Part shown: positions 19,888 to 30,172 of the stretch, piece by piece | Position numbering within the stretch: position 1 is the first letter of the stretch | How the letters are laid out: every line of letters starts with the position of its first letter | NCBI GenBank assembly: GCA_963745075.1 | Contig: CAVUWV010000008.1 | Location: forward strand, 32,001-96,000 | DNA length: 64,000 nt | Reading direction: 5' to 3' | Source of the DNA: Candidatus Hydrogenedentota bacterium | Lineage (GTDB): Bacteria > Hydrogenedentota > Hydrogenedentia > Hydrogenedentales > SLHB01 | The notes under the pieces: generated by a model | What the model was told of the DNA's origin: nothing | What the model saw: the letters and a program-made list of their open reading frames with translations, nothing else | The model's database searches: none | Program-made: the position numbers and the translations under genes

Positions 19888-20799
19888 ATGGCAAAAACTG
19901 CGCTGGCATATCGTGACGAAGGGTTGCTCCATGACACGGGTCCGGGACATCCGGAATGTCCCGCGCGGCTCAAGGCGATTATGGATGCATTCGCGGCGGC
20001 GAAGTTGGACCCGCCGCGTGTCGATGTGGCCCCGGCGACGATTGAGGATCTGCTTCGAGTTCACACGCAGGATCATATCGACACGATTCGCAAGACGTGC
20101 GCGGCGAACGCGTCGTATCCCGATCCGGACACGACGATGGTGAAGGCTTCGTGGGACGCGGCGTTGCTTGCGGCGGGTGGCGCGATGGCCTGTTGCGGTG
20201 CGGTGTTGGACGGCGCGTACGATAACGCATTCTCCGCGATGCGTCCGCCGGGACATCATGCCGAATCGGATCGCGCGATGGGATTTTGCTTGTTCAATAA
20301 CGTCGCCGTTGCGGCGCGATGGATGCAAGAAGTCCGCGGTGTCGGTCGCGTCGCCATCCTCGATTGGGACGTGCACCACGGCAACGGCACGCAACACACG
20401 TTTTACAACGACGACTCGGTCTACTACGCGAGCATGCATCAGCATCCCTTGTATCCGGGCACGGGGTTTCCGAACGAACGGGGAAAGAACAACACGAATC
20501 TAAACGTGCAGATGGAATGGGGCAACGGTCCGAAGGAATGGAAGGAAGCGCTCAAGACAAAGATCATTCCCGAGTTCGAGAGCTTTGAACCGGAGTTTCT
20601 GTTGATCTCGTGCGGCTTCGACGCGCATCGCATGGACCCGCTCGCGTCGCAGCGTCTTGAAACGGAAACCTACGCCGAGATGACGCGCATGGTGAAGCAT
20701 CTCGCCGGCGGAAAGATCGTGTCGTTGCTCGAAGGGGGCTACAACCTGGACGCGTTGGGGGAATCGGCGGTCGCGCATTTCAAGGCGCTCGCAGAGTAG
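19888..20799 (+). CDS. Histone deacetylase family (class II-like) amidohydrolase
   Basis: GHPECPARL, RPPGHHA, MGFCLFNN, DWDVHHGNGTQ, SCGFDAH, LEGGY. Start at ATG 19888 after GAGG. Confidence 0.93.
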   Translation: MAKTALAYRDEGLLHDTGPGHPECPARLKAIMDAFAAAKLDPPRVDVAPATIEDLLRVHTQDHIDTIRKTCAANASYPDPDTTMVKASWDAALLAAGGAMACCGAVLDGAYDNAFSAMRPPGHHAESDRAMGFCLFNNVAVAARWMQEVRGVGRVAILDWDVHHGNGTQHTFYNDDSVYYASMHQHPLYPGTGFPNERGKNNTNLNVQMEWGNGPKEWKEALKTKIIPEFESFEPEFLLISCGFDAHRMDPLASQRLETETYAEMTRMVKHLAGGKIVSLLEGGYNLDALGESAVAHFKALAE

Positions 20800-20840
20800 T
20801 TGACGATAGGCCAATCGAGCGGATCGGCTGGATTCACAAA

Positions 20841-21006
20841 AGAACATCCCCCTTGATCCCCCTTCAAAGGGGGAAGCGCGATCAATTCGTCTTGGGTCAT
20901 CTGATTCGTCCCATGCTTGAGGGGCGGGCTTTCGGGTGCCCTCGCCACAACGCAAAGCGTTGTAAAGCTCTCCCCCTTTGAAGGGGGATCGAGGGGGATG
21001 TTCTTT
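20841..21006. repeat. REP-like inverted pair, family A, copy 2
   Basis: Arms 20841-20874 and 20970-21006. Confidence 0.9.
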
Positions 21007-21084
21007 GGCGGAATAGAGAAACACCACTCACAACCGTTTACAATGACGCGCAGGGGAAACGAAACACAAAGCAGGAGTGATCGC

Positions 21085-22455
21085 GTGGTGAATGCGCTTG
21101 ACCGCTACTTTGGGATTGCCGACGCCGGGTCCACCGTGCGGCGCGAAGTGGTCGGTGGTCTGACCACCTTCGCGACGATGAGTTACATCGTCTTCGTGCA
21201 ACCCACCGTACTGAGTGCTGCGGGCATGCCGTTTGGTTCGGTGTTGCTGGCGACGTGTTTGTCGTCCGCGGTCGCGTGTTTCTTCATGGGACTGCTCGCG
21301 CGGTACCCGTTCGCACTAGCGCCGGGCATGGGCGAGAATTTTTTCTTCGCCTTTACGGTCTGCTCGACCTTTCCCGGGGCCATGGGATTTTCGTGGCAGG
21401 CGGGTCTTGCTATCGTCTTCATCTCCGGTCTGATCTTCTTGGGGTTGTCATTGTTTGGCGTACGCGAACAAGTCCTGCGCGTGTTGCCGGACTGTCTCAA
21501 GAACACCATCGCGCCCGCCATCGGATTCTTCATCTCCTTCGTCGGCCTGCAGTGGGGCGGCATCGTGAAACTCAGCCCGACGACCATGGTGACTATGGGG
21601 GATCTCAGTAACGGTGTGGCGTTAATCACTATCGTAGGCGTGTTTCTTATCGCGACCTTGATGGCGCTCGGTGTGCGGGGCGGCATACTCATCGGCATCG
21701 TTGTGACCTGTGCGCTTGGGCTGATGACGGGCGTGATGCCCTATCCCGAAAGCAAGGTGGAACTTTCTTTCGACACCTTCTTTCACCTGAACTTCGGTGA
21801 ACTCGCGCAACACTGGGACCTCGCGCTCATCGCCATCCTGTTGTTCTTCTTCATGGATCTCTTCGACACGGTCGGCACGTTGCTCGGCGTCAGCCGCCAG
21901 GCCGGATACATCACGGAAGACGGCACCCTGCCCCGCGCGAAACAGGCATTTGTCTCCGACGCGGCCGCGTCGTGCGTGGGGGCCTTGTTCGGCACGTCGA
22001 CCGTCACGTCGTATATCGAAAGCGCGACCGGGGTTGCAGCCGGCGCACGAACCGGCCTTGCAGCAATCGTCACGGGGTGTTGCTTCATCGTTGCCATCTT
22101 CGCGGCTCCGATCGTGCACATCGTCGGCAACGACGTGGGCCCCGCATTCTATGGCACCGGTGCGACGGATCTGCACGTGGCCATGTACCCCGGCGTCGCG
22201 CCCGCGCTGATCATCGTCGGACTGTTGATGATGGCGCCCCTGCGTCGCGTGAACTGGGACGACATCACCGAAAGTCTGCCCGCGTTCTTCACGGTCGCCA
22301 TGATGGTCTTCGGCTTTGCGATTCACGAAGGCATTTCCATCGGCTGCGTAAGCTACGCGGTCATCAAGACTCTCACCGGCCGCTGGAAAGAAGTGCATCC
22401 CGTCATGTACGTCATCGCCCTCGCGCTCATCGCGCGGTATGCGTTTCTGACGTGA
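21085..22455 (+). CDS. NCS2/AzgA-family purine permease
   Basis: GLTTFATMSYI, ALAPGMG, DLFDTVGT, GTSTVTSYIESATG...GARTGL. GTG start after AGGAG; the longer ORF extends into a REP. Confidence 0.92.
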   Translation: MVNALDRYFGIADAGSTVRREVVGGLTTFATMSYIVFVQPTVLSAAGMPFGSVLLATCLSSAVACFFMGLLARYPFALAPGMGENFFFAFTVCSTFPGAMGFSWQAGLAIVFISGLIFLGLSLFGVREQVLRVLPDCLKNTIAPAIGFFISFVGLQWGGIVKLSPTTMVTMGDLSNGVALITIVGVFLIATLMALGVRGGILIGIVVTCALGLMTGVMPYPESKVELSFDTFFHLNFGELAQHWDLALIAILLFFFMDLFDTVGTLLGVSRQAGYITEDGTLPRAKQAFVSDAAASCVGALFGTSTVTSYIESATGVAAGARTGLAAIVTGCCFIVAIFAAPIVHIVGNDVGPAFYGTGATDLHVAMYPGVAPALIIVGLLMMAPLRRVNWDDITESLPAFFTVAMMVFGFAIHEGISIGCVSYAVIKTLTGRWKEVHPVMYVIALALIARYAFLT

Positions 22456-22528
22456 GGGAGCTTCCCCGGTTTTTGATGAACTGTCCGTAAGATTGCATGT
22501 GCACGCAAACCAAAAGGGGTAAACACCA

Positions 22529-23959
22529 ATGAGAATCGCGTTGCTGTTCTCGCTTTGTATCATCTTCGGCGTCACGGCATTCGGCCAGGCCATCGACATC
22601 GGCACGCGGTTGGAACCGTTGGTCGATACGTATCTCATCGACGCGATGGACAACGTGGAATTGCAACTGCACCATCCCATTCCGCGGGAGGTGGCGTTGA
22701 CCACGGATGCGCCGTGGGAAGGCAACACGAGTTGCTACGTGACGGTGTTTCAGGACGGCGACCTATTCCGCATGTATTACCGCGGGGCGAACTATGACCT
22801 GAAGACCAAGGAGAGCGACGGGCAACGGGTGTGTTATGCGGAAAGCAGGGACGCGATTCACTGGACGAAGCCGGAACTGAGCATCGTCGAGTATCAGGGG
22901 TCAAAAGCCAATAACATCATTTGGGACGGGGAGGGGTCGCACAACTTCGCGCCGTTCAACGATACAAACCCGGATTGCGCACCGGAGGCAAAATACAAGG
23001 CCGTGGCGAGCGGACCGGACAAGGCGAAGCTGTTGCCGTTTCAATCGGCGGACGGGGTTCACTGGTCGCTGATCCAAACCGAGCCGGTGATCACGGAAGG
23101 CGCGTTCGATTCACAGAACCTCGCGTTCTGGGACAGCGTGCGCGGGCATTACGTCGAGTTTCATCGCGGGTTCAAGGACGGCGTGCGCGCGATCATGACG
23201 TCAACGTCGCCGGACTTCATCCACTGGACCAAGCCGGAGTGGCTCGACTACGGCGACACGCCGCCGGAACACCTGTACACCAACGCGACGATCGCGTATC
23301 CCCGCGCGCCGCACATCTTCATGGCCTTTCCGAAACGCTTCGTGCCGTCGCGCACGGGACAATCTCATCCCATCCCGGGCGTTTCGGACGCGGTGTTTAT
23401 GACGAGTCGTGACGGGTTGCACTGGAACCGCTGGCGCGAAGCCTTCGTGCGTCCGGGGCTGCAGAAATCGCGCTGGGTCAACCGCAACAACATGACCACG
23501 TGGGGCATCCTTCGCACCAAGGGAACATTGCCAGACACGCCGGACGAGTATTCGCTCTATCTCACCGAGGGCTATTACGTCGGGCCCTGCAACTTCCGTC
23601 GGTTTACGATCCGGCAGGACGGGTTCGTTTCGGTCAACGCGCCGGGCGAGGGAGGCGAGTTCACGACGAAAGCGCTTACCTTCGCCGACGATCCCAACGT
23701 GACCGGCGCCGGCGAAACCGAACTCATCATGAACTATTCCACCTCCGCCGCGGGCACGGTTCGCTGCGAGATTCAGGACGAATCGGGCACGCCGATTCCC
23801 GGCTACACGCTGGAAGACTGCGACGAAATCTTCGGCGATGCCATCGAACGGGCGGTGACCTGGAAAGGACAGTCCGAACTGAAAGCGATTGTGGGCAAAC
23901 CGGTGCGGCTGCGGTTTGTGATGAACGATGCGGATGTTTATGCGATCCGGTTTCGATAA
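22529..23959 (+). CDS. Secreted beta-propeller glycoside hydrolase-like protein
   Basis: Signal peptide; repeated S-x-D-G-x-H-W (BNR-like) motifs; GAFDSQN; R-x-DGFVS and C-terminal beta-sandwich. Confidence 0.65.
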   Translation: MRIALLFSLCIIFGVTAFGQAIDIGTRLEPLVDTYLIDAMDNVELQLHHPIPREVALTTDAPWEGNTSCYVTVFQDGDLFRMYYRGANYDLKTKESDGQRVCYAESRDAIHWTKPELSIVEYQGSKANNIIWDGEGSHNFAPFNDTNPDCAPEAKYKAVASGPDKAKLLPFQSADGVHWSLIQTEPVITEGAFDSQNLAFWDSVRGHYVEFHRGFKDGVRAIMTSTSPDFIHWTKPEWLDYGDTPPEHLYTNATIAYPRAPHIFMAFPKRFVPSRTGQSHPIPGVSDAVFMTSRDGLHWNRWREAFVRPGLQKSRWVNRNNMTTWGILRTKGTLPDTPDEYSLYLTEGYYVGPCNFRRFTIRQDGFVSVNAPGEGGEFTTKALTFADDPNVTGAGETELIMNYSTSAAGTVRCEIQDESGTPIPGYTLEDCDEIFGDAIERAVTWKGQSELKAIVGKPVRLRFVMNDADVYAIRFR

Positions 23960-23974
23960 GTAGCACGACCACTT

Positions 23975-23999
23975 GTAGTCGCGCGGTCGCCAACCGCGC
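23975..23999. repeat. Single GTAG-type REP-like hairpin
   Basis: GTAG followed by GCGCGGT-cgcca-ACCGCGC just after a stop codon. Confidence 0.45.
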
Positions 24000-24197
24000 A
24001 ATGCCTCGAGATACAGCCCGCGGCTGCCTTACAACAGATGACCCTCGGATGCCGCGCCCACGTTGTCACGAACAGGGAAGCGCGGTAAGATAGGTGGGTG
24101 CGTCGTAGCGCGACGGGCGATATGATAGGTTTCGGTCGATTACGATTACGATTACGATTACGAGAAAGACTATGGGCGGTGACGGAGGATGGTTGTC

Positions 24198-25619
24198 ATG
24201 CGAATGAACCGGAGAGAGTGGTTGCGGAGCGCGGGGTTAGCGGCGGGAGGCGGATTGCTTGCCGATGCCTGCGCGAGCGCTGCGAAGGCCGGAAGTGCGA
24301 ACCGGGGCCGTCCCAACATCATTTACATCATGGCGGACGACCTCGGTTATGGCGACTTGGGGTGTTACGGGCAGGAGGTCATCCAGACCCCGAACATCGA
24401 CCGCATGCGCGCGGAGGGCGTGAAGTTCACGCAATGTTACGCGGGCAGCACGGTGTGCGCGCCGTCGCGGTGTGCGCTGATGACGGGATACCACACGGGC
24501 CACTGCTGGATACGGGGGAACGCGCGAGTTGCGTTGCGTCCGGAAGACGTGACGGTAGCGGAGCTGTTGAAAGCGCAAGGCTACGCGACGGGCCTTATCG
24601 GCAAGTGGGGGCTTGGCAACGAAGACACGACCGGCGTGCCGAACAAGCAAGGGTTCGATTACTTCTTCGGCTATCTCGATCAACGGCACGCGCACAACTA
24701 TTACCCCGACTACTTGTGGCGCAACGAGGAGCGGGTCGAGTTGCCGGAGAATGTGCAAAGCAAAGAGCACAAGGGCGTAGCGGTCGACAAGGTGACCTAC
24801 TCGCACGATCTCTTCGCGCAGGAAGCGTTGGACTTTGTCGAGAAGCATCACGAGGAACCGTTCTTCCTGTACTACGCGCTGACGATTCCGCACGCGAACG
24901 ACGAGGGCGGCTCTGCCACAGGCGACGGTATGGAAGTGCCGGATTACGGCATCTATGCGGACAAGGACTGGCCGAACCCGCAGAAAGGCCACGCCGCGAT
25001 GATTACGCGCATGGACAAAGACATCGGGCGTCTCGTCCAGAAACTGAAAGACCTCGGCATCGATGACAATACCATTGTCTTCTTCACCAGCGACAACGGT
25101 CCGCATAAGGAAGGCGGGGCCGATCCCAAGTTCTTCCATAGCGGCGGCCCGTTGCGCGGGTACAAGCGCGACCTCTACGAAGGCGGCATCCGCGTGCCGA
25201 TGATCGCGCGCTGGCCCGGCAAGCTGAAAGAGGGACAGACCAGCGACCAGGTCTGGGCGTTCTGGGACTTCCTGCCCACGGCCGTCGAGTTGGCGGGCGG
25301 CGACGCGCCGGAAGACATCGACGGAATCTCGATGATGCAGACGTTGCGTCTGCTTGGCCTGGGCGGCATCAAGCCCACGCAGCGCCAGCACGAGTATTTG
25401 TATTGGGAGTTTCACGAACGGGGGTTCTCGCAGGCCGTGCGCAGCGGCGACTGGAAAGCGGTTCGCCTCGGGAAAGACAAACCCATCGAGTTGTACGATC
25501 TCTCCAAAGACATCGGCGAAACGAACAACGTGGCCGACGAGCATCCGGATGTCGCCGCGCGTATGGAAGGCTATTTGAAAGACGCCCGAACCGAAAACGA
25601 GCATTGGCCCGTGAAGTAG
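24198..25619 (+). CDS. Arylsulfatase (S1 family, Cys-type), Tat-exported
   Basis: MNRREWL twin-arginine signal; [33 protein letters not shown]. Confidence 0.93.
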   Translation: MRMNRREWLRSAGLAAGGGLLADACASAAKAGSANRGRPNIIYIMADDLGYGDLGCYGQEVIQTPNIDRMRAEGVKFTQCYAGSTVCAPSRCALMTGYHTGHCWIRGNARVALRPEDVTVAELLKAQGYATGLIGKWGLGNEDTTGVPNKQGFDYFFGYLDQRHAHNYYPDYLWRNEERVELPENVQSKEHKGVAVDKVTYSHDLFAQEALDFVEKHHEEPFFLYYALTIPHANDEGGSATGDGMEVPDYGIYADKDWPNPQKGHAAMITRMDKDIGRLVQKLKDLGIDDNTIVFFTSDNGPHKEGGADPKFFHSGGPLRGYKRDLYEGGIRVPMIARWPGKLKEGQTSDQVWAFWDFLPTAVELAGGDAPEDIDGISMMQTLRLLGLGGIKPTQRQHEYLYWEFHERGFSQAVRSGDWKAVRLGKDKPIELYDLSKDIGETNNVADEHPDVAARMEGYLKDARTENEHWPVK

Positions 25620-25702
25620 GGCGCGGGCGATTCACCGTAGTCAGGAACCACCGGTGCAGTTGGGTGCTTCGTGTGCGTTTCGGTTTTGAAAAGAGCCAAA
25701 GA

Positions 25703-25866
25703 AACATCCCCCTTGATCCCCCTTCAAAGGGGGAATTTTCCGTAACGCTTTGCGTTACGCATCTTGGGCCAATGAAGGCCCAAATTTGGATCGGTGCACG
25801 ACAGACCTACCAGTAAACGACACCGAGCAGATTTCCCCCTTTGAAGGGGGATCAAGGGGGATGTTC
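25703..25866. repeat. REP-like inverted pair, family A, copy 3
   Basis: Arms 25703-25734 and 25834-25866, between convergent genes. Confidence 0.9.
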
Positions 25867-25970
25867 TTCTCCACACTTGGAAGCGAAGTGCGTATCAACT
25901 TGCACGACGCACGCGATTGCGGCGCAATCTCATGAGTTCTCGCCTCGCTACGGCGTGTTAGTTTGACGGT

Positions 25971-27158
25971 TCATGCCGTGCGGCGGCCGTTGATGAACAC
26001 GCCCCGGACGTTAGCCTTGTGGCGTTCCTTGGGGCCGGCGAGTTCGAAGACGACGAAGTTGGCCTTCTTGCCGCGCCGGGGGAGTTCAAACCGGTGTCTT
26101 AATCCGAGCAGTTTTGCGGGCACCGTTGACGCCGACGCGAAGGCCTGTTCCAGGGTGAGGTCCGTGTGTTCGGCGGCGTTGATGACGGCCTGCAGCAGCA
26201 CGAGCGAACTTCCCGCCAGCAATTCCGTGCCGGTCAAGCAAATCCGTCCCGTCGGTTTCAGCTCGACCGGTACACCGCCGAGATCGTAATGGCCGGGTTT
26301 GAGTCCGGCGATATGGACCACGTCCGACGTGAGGATCGTGCGATCCGGACCTTTCGCACGCACGAAGGTCTTGAGCACGGGTTCGGGCAAGTGTTCAAGA
26401 TCGGCGATGAAGGAGCAGGTCAGCCGGTCGTCCGCCAGTTGCGGCCAGATGGGATTGAAGTGGCGCTGGATCTGCGCGGCCATGCCGTTGCCGAGATGGG
26501 TTGTGAGGCGCGCGCCCGCGTTGACCGCGCGCGCGATTTGATCGGCGTTGCCGTTGTGGTGGCCCAGCGACACCACGACGCCGCGTTTGGTAACGGCTTT
26601 GATGTAGGCGATGGCGCCCGGCACTTCCGGCGCCACGGTGGTGTAACTGATCTTGCCGTCGGCCGCTTTCATGAGCCGGTCGAATTCGCGGACGCTGGGT
26701 TTGCGCACGTGTTGCGTCGCGTGCGCGCCGCGGGGGCCGTCCATGGGCGAAATGTACGGACCTTCGAGATGGATTCCCGGCACCGCGCGGGCCACGTCTT
26801 TGTCCTGCAATGCTTCCGCAAAGATCCGGCAGCCGTGTTCCATATCTGACTGAGCGCCGGTGATCAAGGTGGGAATCCAATGCGACACGCCGCCCTTGGC
26901 GAGCGCGATGTTGATGCGCGAGAAGTCTTCGGGCACGACTTTGTCGCCCTGAAGATTAACGCCGCCGAATCCGTTGACCTGGATGTCGAAGAGCGTTGGA
27001 CCGACGATCGCGGTTGAGCCGCCGATGTCCGCACGGCCACGGCCCGCAGGGCGGACGGATTGCACCCTGCCGTTGCGTACGACCACGTCGAAGGTTTTCG
27101 TGCCGCCGAGCAGCCTGCCTCGAATCACTACGGTTTCGTCTTTGCCGGGTTGTTTCAT
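25971..27158 (-). CDS. nagA: N-acetylglucosamine-6-phosphate deacetylase
   Basis: DIQVNGFGG, GIHLEGPYI, GAH, TVAPE, SLGH, THLGNG, LAGS. Confidence 0.88.
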   Translation of the reverse strand: MKQPGKDETVVIRGRLLGGTKTFDVVVRNGRVQSVRPAGRGRADIGGSTAIVGPTLFDIQVNGFGGVNLQGDKVVPEDFSRINIALAKGGVSHWIPTLITGAQSDMEHGCRIFAEALQDKDVARAVPGIHLEGPYISPMDGPRGAHATQHVRKPSVREFDRLMKAADGKISYTTVAPEVPGAIAYIKAVTKRGVVVSLGHHNGNADQIARAVNAGARLTTHLGNGMAAQIQRHFNPIWPQLADDRLTCSFIADLEHLPEPVLKTFVRAKGPDRTILTSDVVHIAGLKPGHYDLGGVPVELKPTGRICLTGTELLAGSSLVLLQAVINAAEHTDLTLEQAFASASTVPAKLLGLRHRFELPRRGKKANFVVFELAGPKERHKANVRGVFINGRRTA

Positions 27159-27522
27159 TGAATCCTCGTATTTGGTGTCGAACGTTTTGCTTTGAACAAT
27201 CGCGAACTGACACGGGCGCGACTATGGTATCGATTTTGGTGAAGCAATGGAAAGACGGTGCGTGGAATTGAACGGCTTCCATGGTTTCAGCGTCGACATG
27301 CGGTGAAGAACATCCCCCTTGATCCCCCTTCAAAGGGGGAGTTTTGCCCAACCGGGTTTGTCTGGTGGGTGTTGGCTCTCGCTACGGAGCGAAATCGGCG
27401 GCATCCCCGAATGCGGCGCAACGCAACGCGTTGCCCATGGGGGCAGCCCAGCGTCCTCACGTCGAAGTAAACGCCAGTCCTCAGTCCACAAAACGTGCTT
27501 GCGCAACTCCCCCTTTGAAGGG

Positions 27523-27738
27523 TTCATCTCCAAAGAATGGGGAGAATTCAAATCCATTGCGGATAGGGTTCACGCCACAAGACCCCCTCCCCGACCCTCC
27601 CCGTGAACGGGGAGGGAGGAGTTTCTCCCCCCGTTCACGGGGGGAGTTAGAGGGGGGGTCTTCTCTTCGGATCTACCCAATGCGAGAGAAATACAGCCAA
27701 GTCCGAACGAAAAATGGTCCCCGGAATTGGGAGATGAA
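27523..27738. mobile_element. About 216-bp MITE with TIR TTCATCTCC/GGAGATGAA, flanked by duplicated CCCTTTGAAGGG
   Basis: Duplication at 27511-27522 and 27739-27750. The TIR/TSD boundary is ambiguous because the target is palindromic. Confidence 0.75.
27579..27662. repeat. REP-like inverted pair, family B (CCCTCCCCGTGAACGGGGAGGG)
   Basis: Two opposed palindromic arms inside the MITE. Confidence 0.8.
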
Positions 27739-27798
27739 CCCTTTGAAGGGGGATCAAGGGGGATGTTCTGGATCAGGCGGATGGCTGACGTACCCGCG

Positions 27799-28068
27799 TT
27801 AGTTCAACCCGACGAGGAGGGCGAGCAGAAGCAGTCCGGCCAGAAGGACGAGAATCATCATGGCAACAGCGCGCATCCATGCGAAGTTCATCCGAACGTC
27901 ACCGGTGGTGCCCGGCGCGAAGTCCGACGCGTGGCCTTGGTAATACAGGCCGCAGTGTTTGCACTGGGTCGAATCGGCGGGGATGGGGCGTCCGCAACGC
28001 TTGCAAGGAACCAGGTTACCCGTGCCCTCGCGGTAAGTGGTGAAATCGAAGACGTTGTCGTCGTTCAT
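27799..28068 (-). CDS. Small zinc-ribbon membrane protein
   Basis: CKRC...CKHC plus C-terminal TM helix. Confidence 0.75.
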   Translation of the reverse strand: MNDDNVFDFTTYREGTGNLVPCKRCGRPIPADSTQCKHCGLYYQGHASDFAPGTTGDVRMNFAWMRAVAMMILVLLAGLLLLALLVGLN

Positions 28069-28287
28069 AAGTTTACGCCATCCCGCTTCTGACTACGCTC
28101 GGGCAACCACGTGTCCCGGCCCGTGTAATTCAGGTCGAGTTCTGCCGTAGCCGGCGTTATACTGACGATTCCGCAGAGGTAATATAACAGAAGAACGCGG
28201 CACCGGGGTCAATTCTTCCGAAACCGTACACGGCGTCACGGGTTCCCGGTCTTACGAGACCTCCATTTTCGGGGAGAGTATTCAGGA

Positions 28288-29385
28288 ATGAATGAACGAA
28301 TCCGTGTTGCGGTTATCTTCGGCGGGAAATCCGCGGAACACGAAGTTTCGCTACAATCCGCCAAGAACGTGATCGACGCGATGGACAAGACGCGCTATGA
28401 GGTCGTGCCCATCGGCATCACGAAGGATGGGAGCTGGCGTCTCGGACAGGATTCGCAGTATCTGCTTCACGCGGACAATCCGAAGCTGATCGCGCTGAAC
28501 CATTCCGATGACGGCGTGGCCTTCGTGCCGGCCGAAGGGGAGAAAAGCCTCTTGCGCGTGGACGGCCGGGAAACGCTGCCGCCGGTGGACGTTGTGTTTC
28601 CCGTGCTGCACGGTCCCCTGGGGGAAGACGGAACCATACAGGGTTTGCTGAAGCTGGCCGAAATGCCTTTCGTGGGGGCAAGCGTTCTTGCGTCTTCGGT
28701 GGGGATGGATAAGGACGTCACCAAACGGTTGCTACGGGATGCGGGACTTCCCATCGCCAAGTTCGTGACGATACGCCACGGCAACGAACCGGATGTTGCG
28801 AAGATCGAAGCTGAAATCGGGATGCCCTGCTTTGTGAAACCGTCGAATTTGGGATCGTCGGTCGGTGTCAGCAAAGTCGAAAACCTGGCGGACTTGGCCG
28901 AAGCGATTCGGAACGCGTTTTCCTACGATCGCAAAGTGTTGATTGAGGAATGCGTCGCGGGACGCGAAATCGAGTGTTCCGTACTTGGTAACGAGCAACC
29001 CCGCGCCTCGATTCCGGGGGAAATCGTTCCGCATGCCGAGTTCTATTCCTACGAGGCCAAATACATCGACGAGAACGGCGCGGAACTCATCATCCCTGCG
29101 GACCTTCCGGTTGAGACTACGTCCAAGGTTCAGGATCTTGCGATCCGCGCGTTTCAGGCGATTGAGTGCGAGGGCATGGCGCGTGTCGACATGTTTCTGC
29201 GGAGTAACGGCGAATTGGTTTTGAATGAGATCAACACGATTCCCGGCTTCACGCGGATCAGCATGTATCCCAAACTGTGGGAGGCGTCGGGATTGACGTA
29301 TCCGCAACTGATCGATGCGTTGATTCAGCTTGCCCTGGAACGGCACCGGCGCGACGAAGGGCTGAAGACGACTTACGATTCGTGA
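28288..29385 (+). CDS. ddl: D-alanine--D-alanine ligase (DdlA-like)
   Basis: FGGKSAEHEVS, FPVLHGPLGEDG, GSSVG, FYSYEAKY omega loop, NEINTIPGFT. Confidence 0.95.
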   Translation: MNERIRVAVIFGGKSAEHEVSLQSAKNVIDAMDKTRYEVVPIGITKDGSWRLGQDSQYLLHADNPKLIALNHSDDGVAFVPAEGEKSLLRVDGRETLPPVDVVFPVLHGPLGEDGTIQGLLKLAEMPFVGASVLASSVGMDKDVTKRLLRDAGLPIAKFVTIRHGNEPDVAKIEAEIGMPCFVKPSNLGSSVGVSKVENLADLAEAIRNAFSYDRKVLIEECVAGREIECSVLGNEQPRASIPGEIVPHAEFYSYEAKYIDENGAELIIPADLPVETTSKVQDLAIRAFQAIECEGMARVDMFLRSNGELVLNEINTIPGFTRISMYPKLWEASGLTYPQLIDALIQLALERHRRDEGLKTTYDS

Positions 29386-29424
29386 CGGTCCAGTCCCCGA
29401 TTAGAATTGTGGCTCGAACAAACC

Positions 29425-29490
29425 CTTTCGCGGGATCAGGCTCCCTATGTCGTCCCGGTATGTGGTGATATCGAAGACATAGTTGTCTTC
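29425..29490 (-). pseudogene. Remnant paralog of the 5' end of the 27799-28068 gene
   Basis: EDNYVFDITTYRDDIGSLIPRK aligns with DDNVFDFTTYREGTGNLVPCK. Confidence 0.65.
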
Positions 29491-29677
29491 TCCTCTTACA
29501 GGGGCTGCCGGTAGGATCGCCATAGTTGGATTGTGCCCGCCGCAAGACAGAAACCTCCAAGAAGCCACCACAGCCCCCTGAACGCCCGGTGCGCGTCCGC
29601 ATCCCAAAGCAAATTTGTCGTGACTAAACAACCAAGCACAACCAGAAAGATGGCTCGGACGCGCATGTCACCTCCCG

Positions 29678-30172
29678 TCAGTTCACCGACTGAGCCGACG
29701 TTTCCTTGACCGCGGTTTGTGCAACGGTTGAGGTGAATCGCAATCCCTCGGTCACGTCTACGTCCCCGCGAAAGACGCCGGGTTCCTGGGCACGCAAATG
29801 AAACGTGAAACTCTTCGATTCTCCGCGCGGGATCTCCTCGTCAAACGTGTAACTCATCGAGTTGTCGAGCGGGACGTGCATGTTCGACTTCTCGACGGGA
29901 TCCACGCTGACGACGACGAATCCCGCGAGATATTCGTCGGCGATGTCAAGGTCACTCATGTGCAGGACGTCGCTCTCCCGCTGATTGGTTACGGTAACCA
30001 CGAGATCGAACGTATCGCCAACACCGACTTCGAGGGGCGCGTCAACCGACACCGCAACGCCTTCGGGGTCCTGGGAAATGTGATAGAAGAATCCGACCAT
30101 GACCGCCATGCCCGCAAACCCGATCAGCGCAATGCCCACACACCCCAGCGCGATTGCCTTTCCTGCGTTCAT
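29678..30172 (-). CDS. Hypothetical membrane-anchored protein with Ig-like domain
   Basis: N-terminal TM helix; beta-rich domain (VGDTFDLVVTVTN...FTFHLRAQEPGVFRGDV). Confidence 0.7.
   Translation of the reverse strand: MNAGKAIALGCVGIALIGFAGMAVMVGFFYHISQDPEGVAVSVDAPLEVGVGDTFDLVVTVTNQRESDVLHMSDLDIADEYLAGFVVVSVDPVEKSNMHVPLDNSMSYTFDEEIPRGESKSFTFHLRAQEPGVFRGDVDVTEGLRFTSTVAQTAVKETSAQSVN

Larger units (their letters stand above)
27306..27768. repeat. REP-like inverted pair, family A, copy 4, right arm split by a MITE
   Basis: Left arm 27306-27340; right arm in two parts, 27507-27522 and 27739-27768. Confidence 0.88.

Noticed and set aside
28288..29385. Van-type D-Ala-D-Lac ligase
   Set aside because: Omega loop FYSYEAKY is the D-Ala-D-Ala type, and there are no vanH/vanX/vanRS neighbours.
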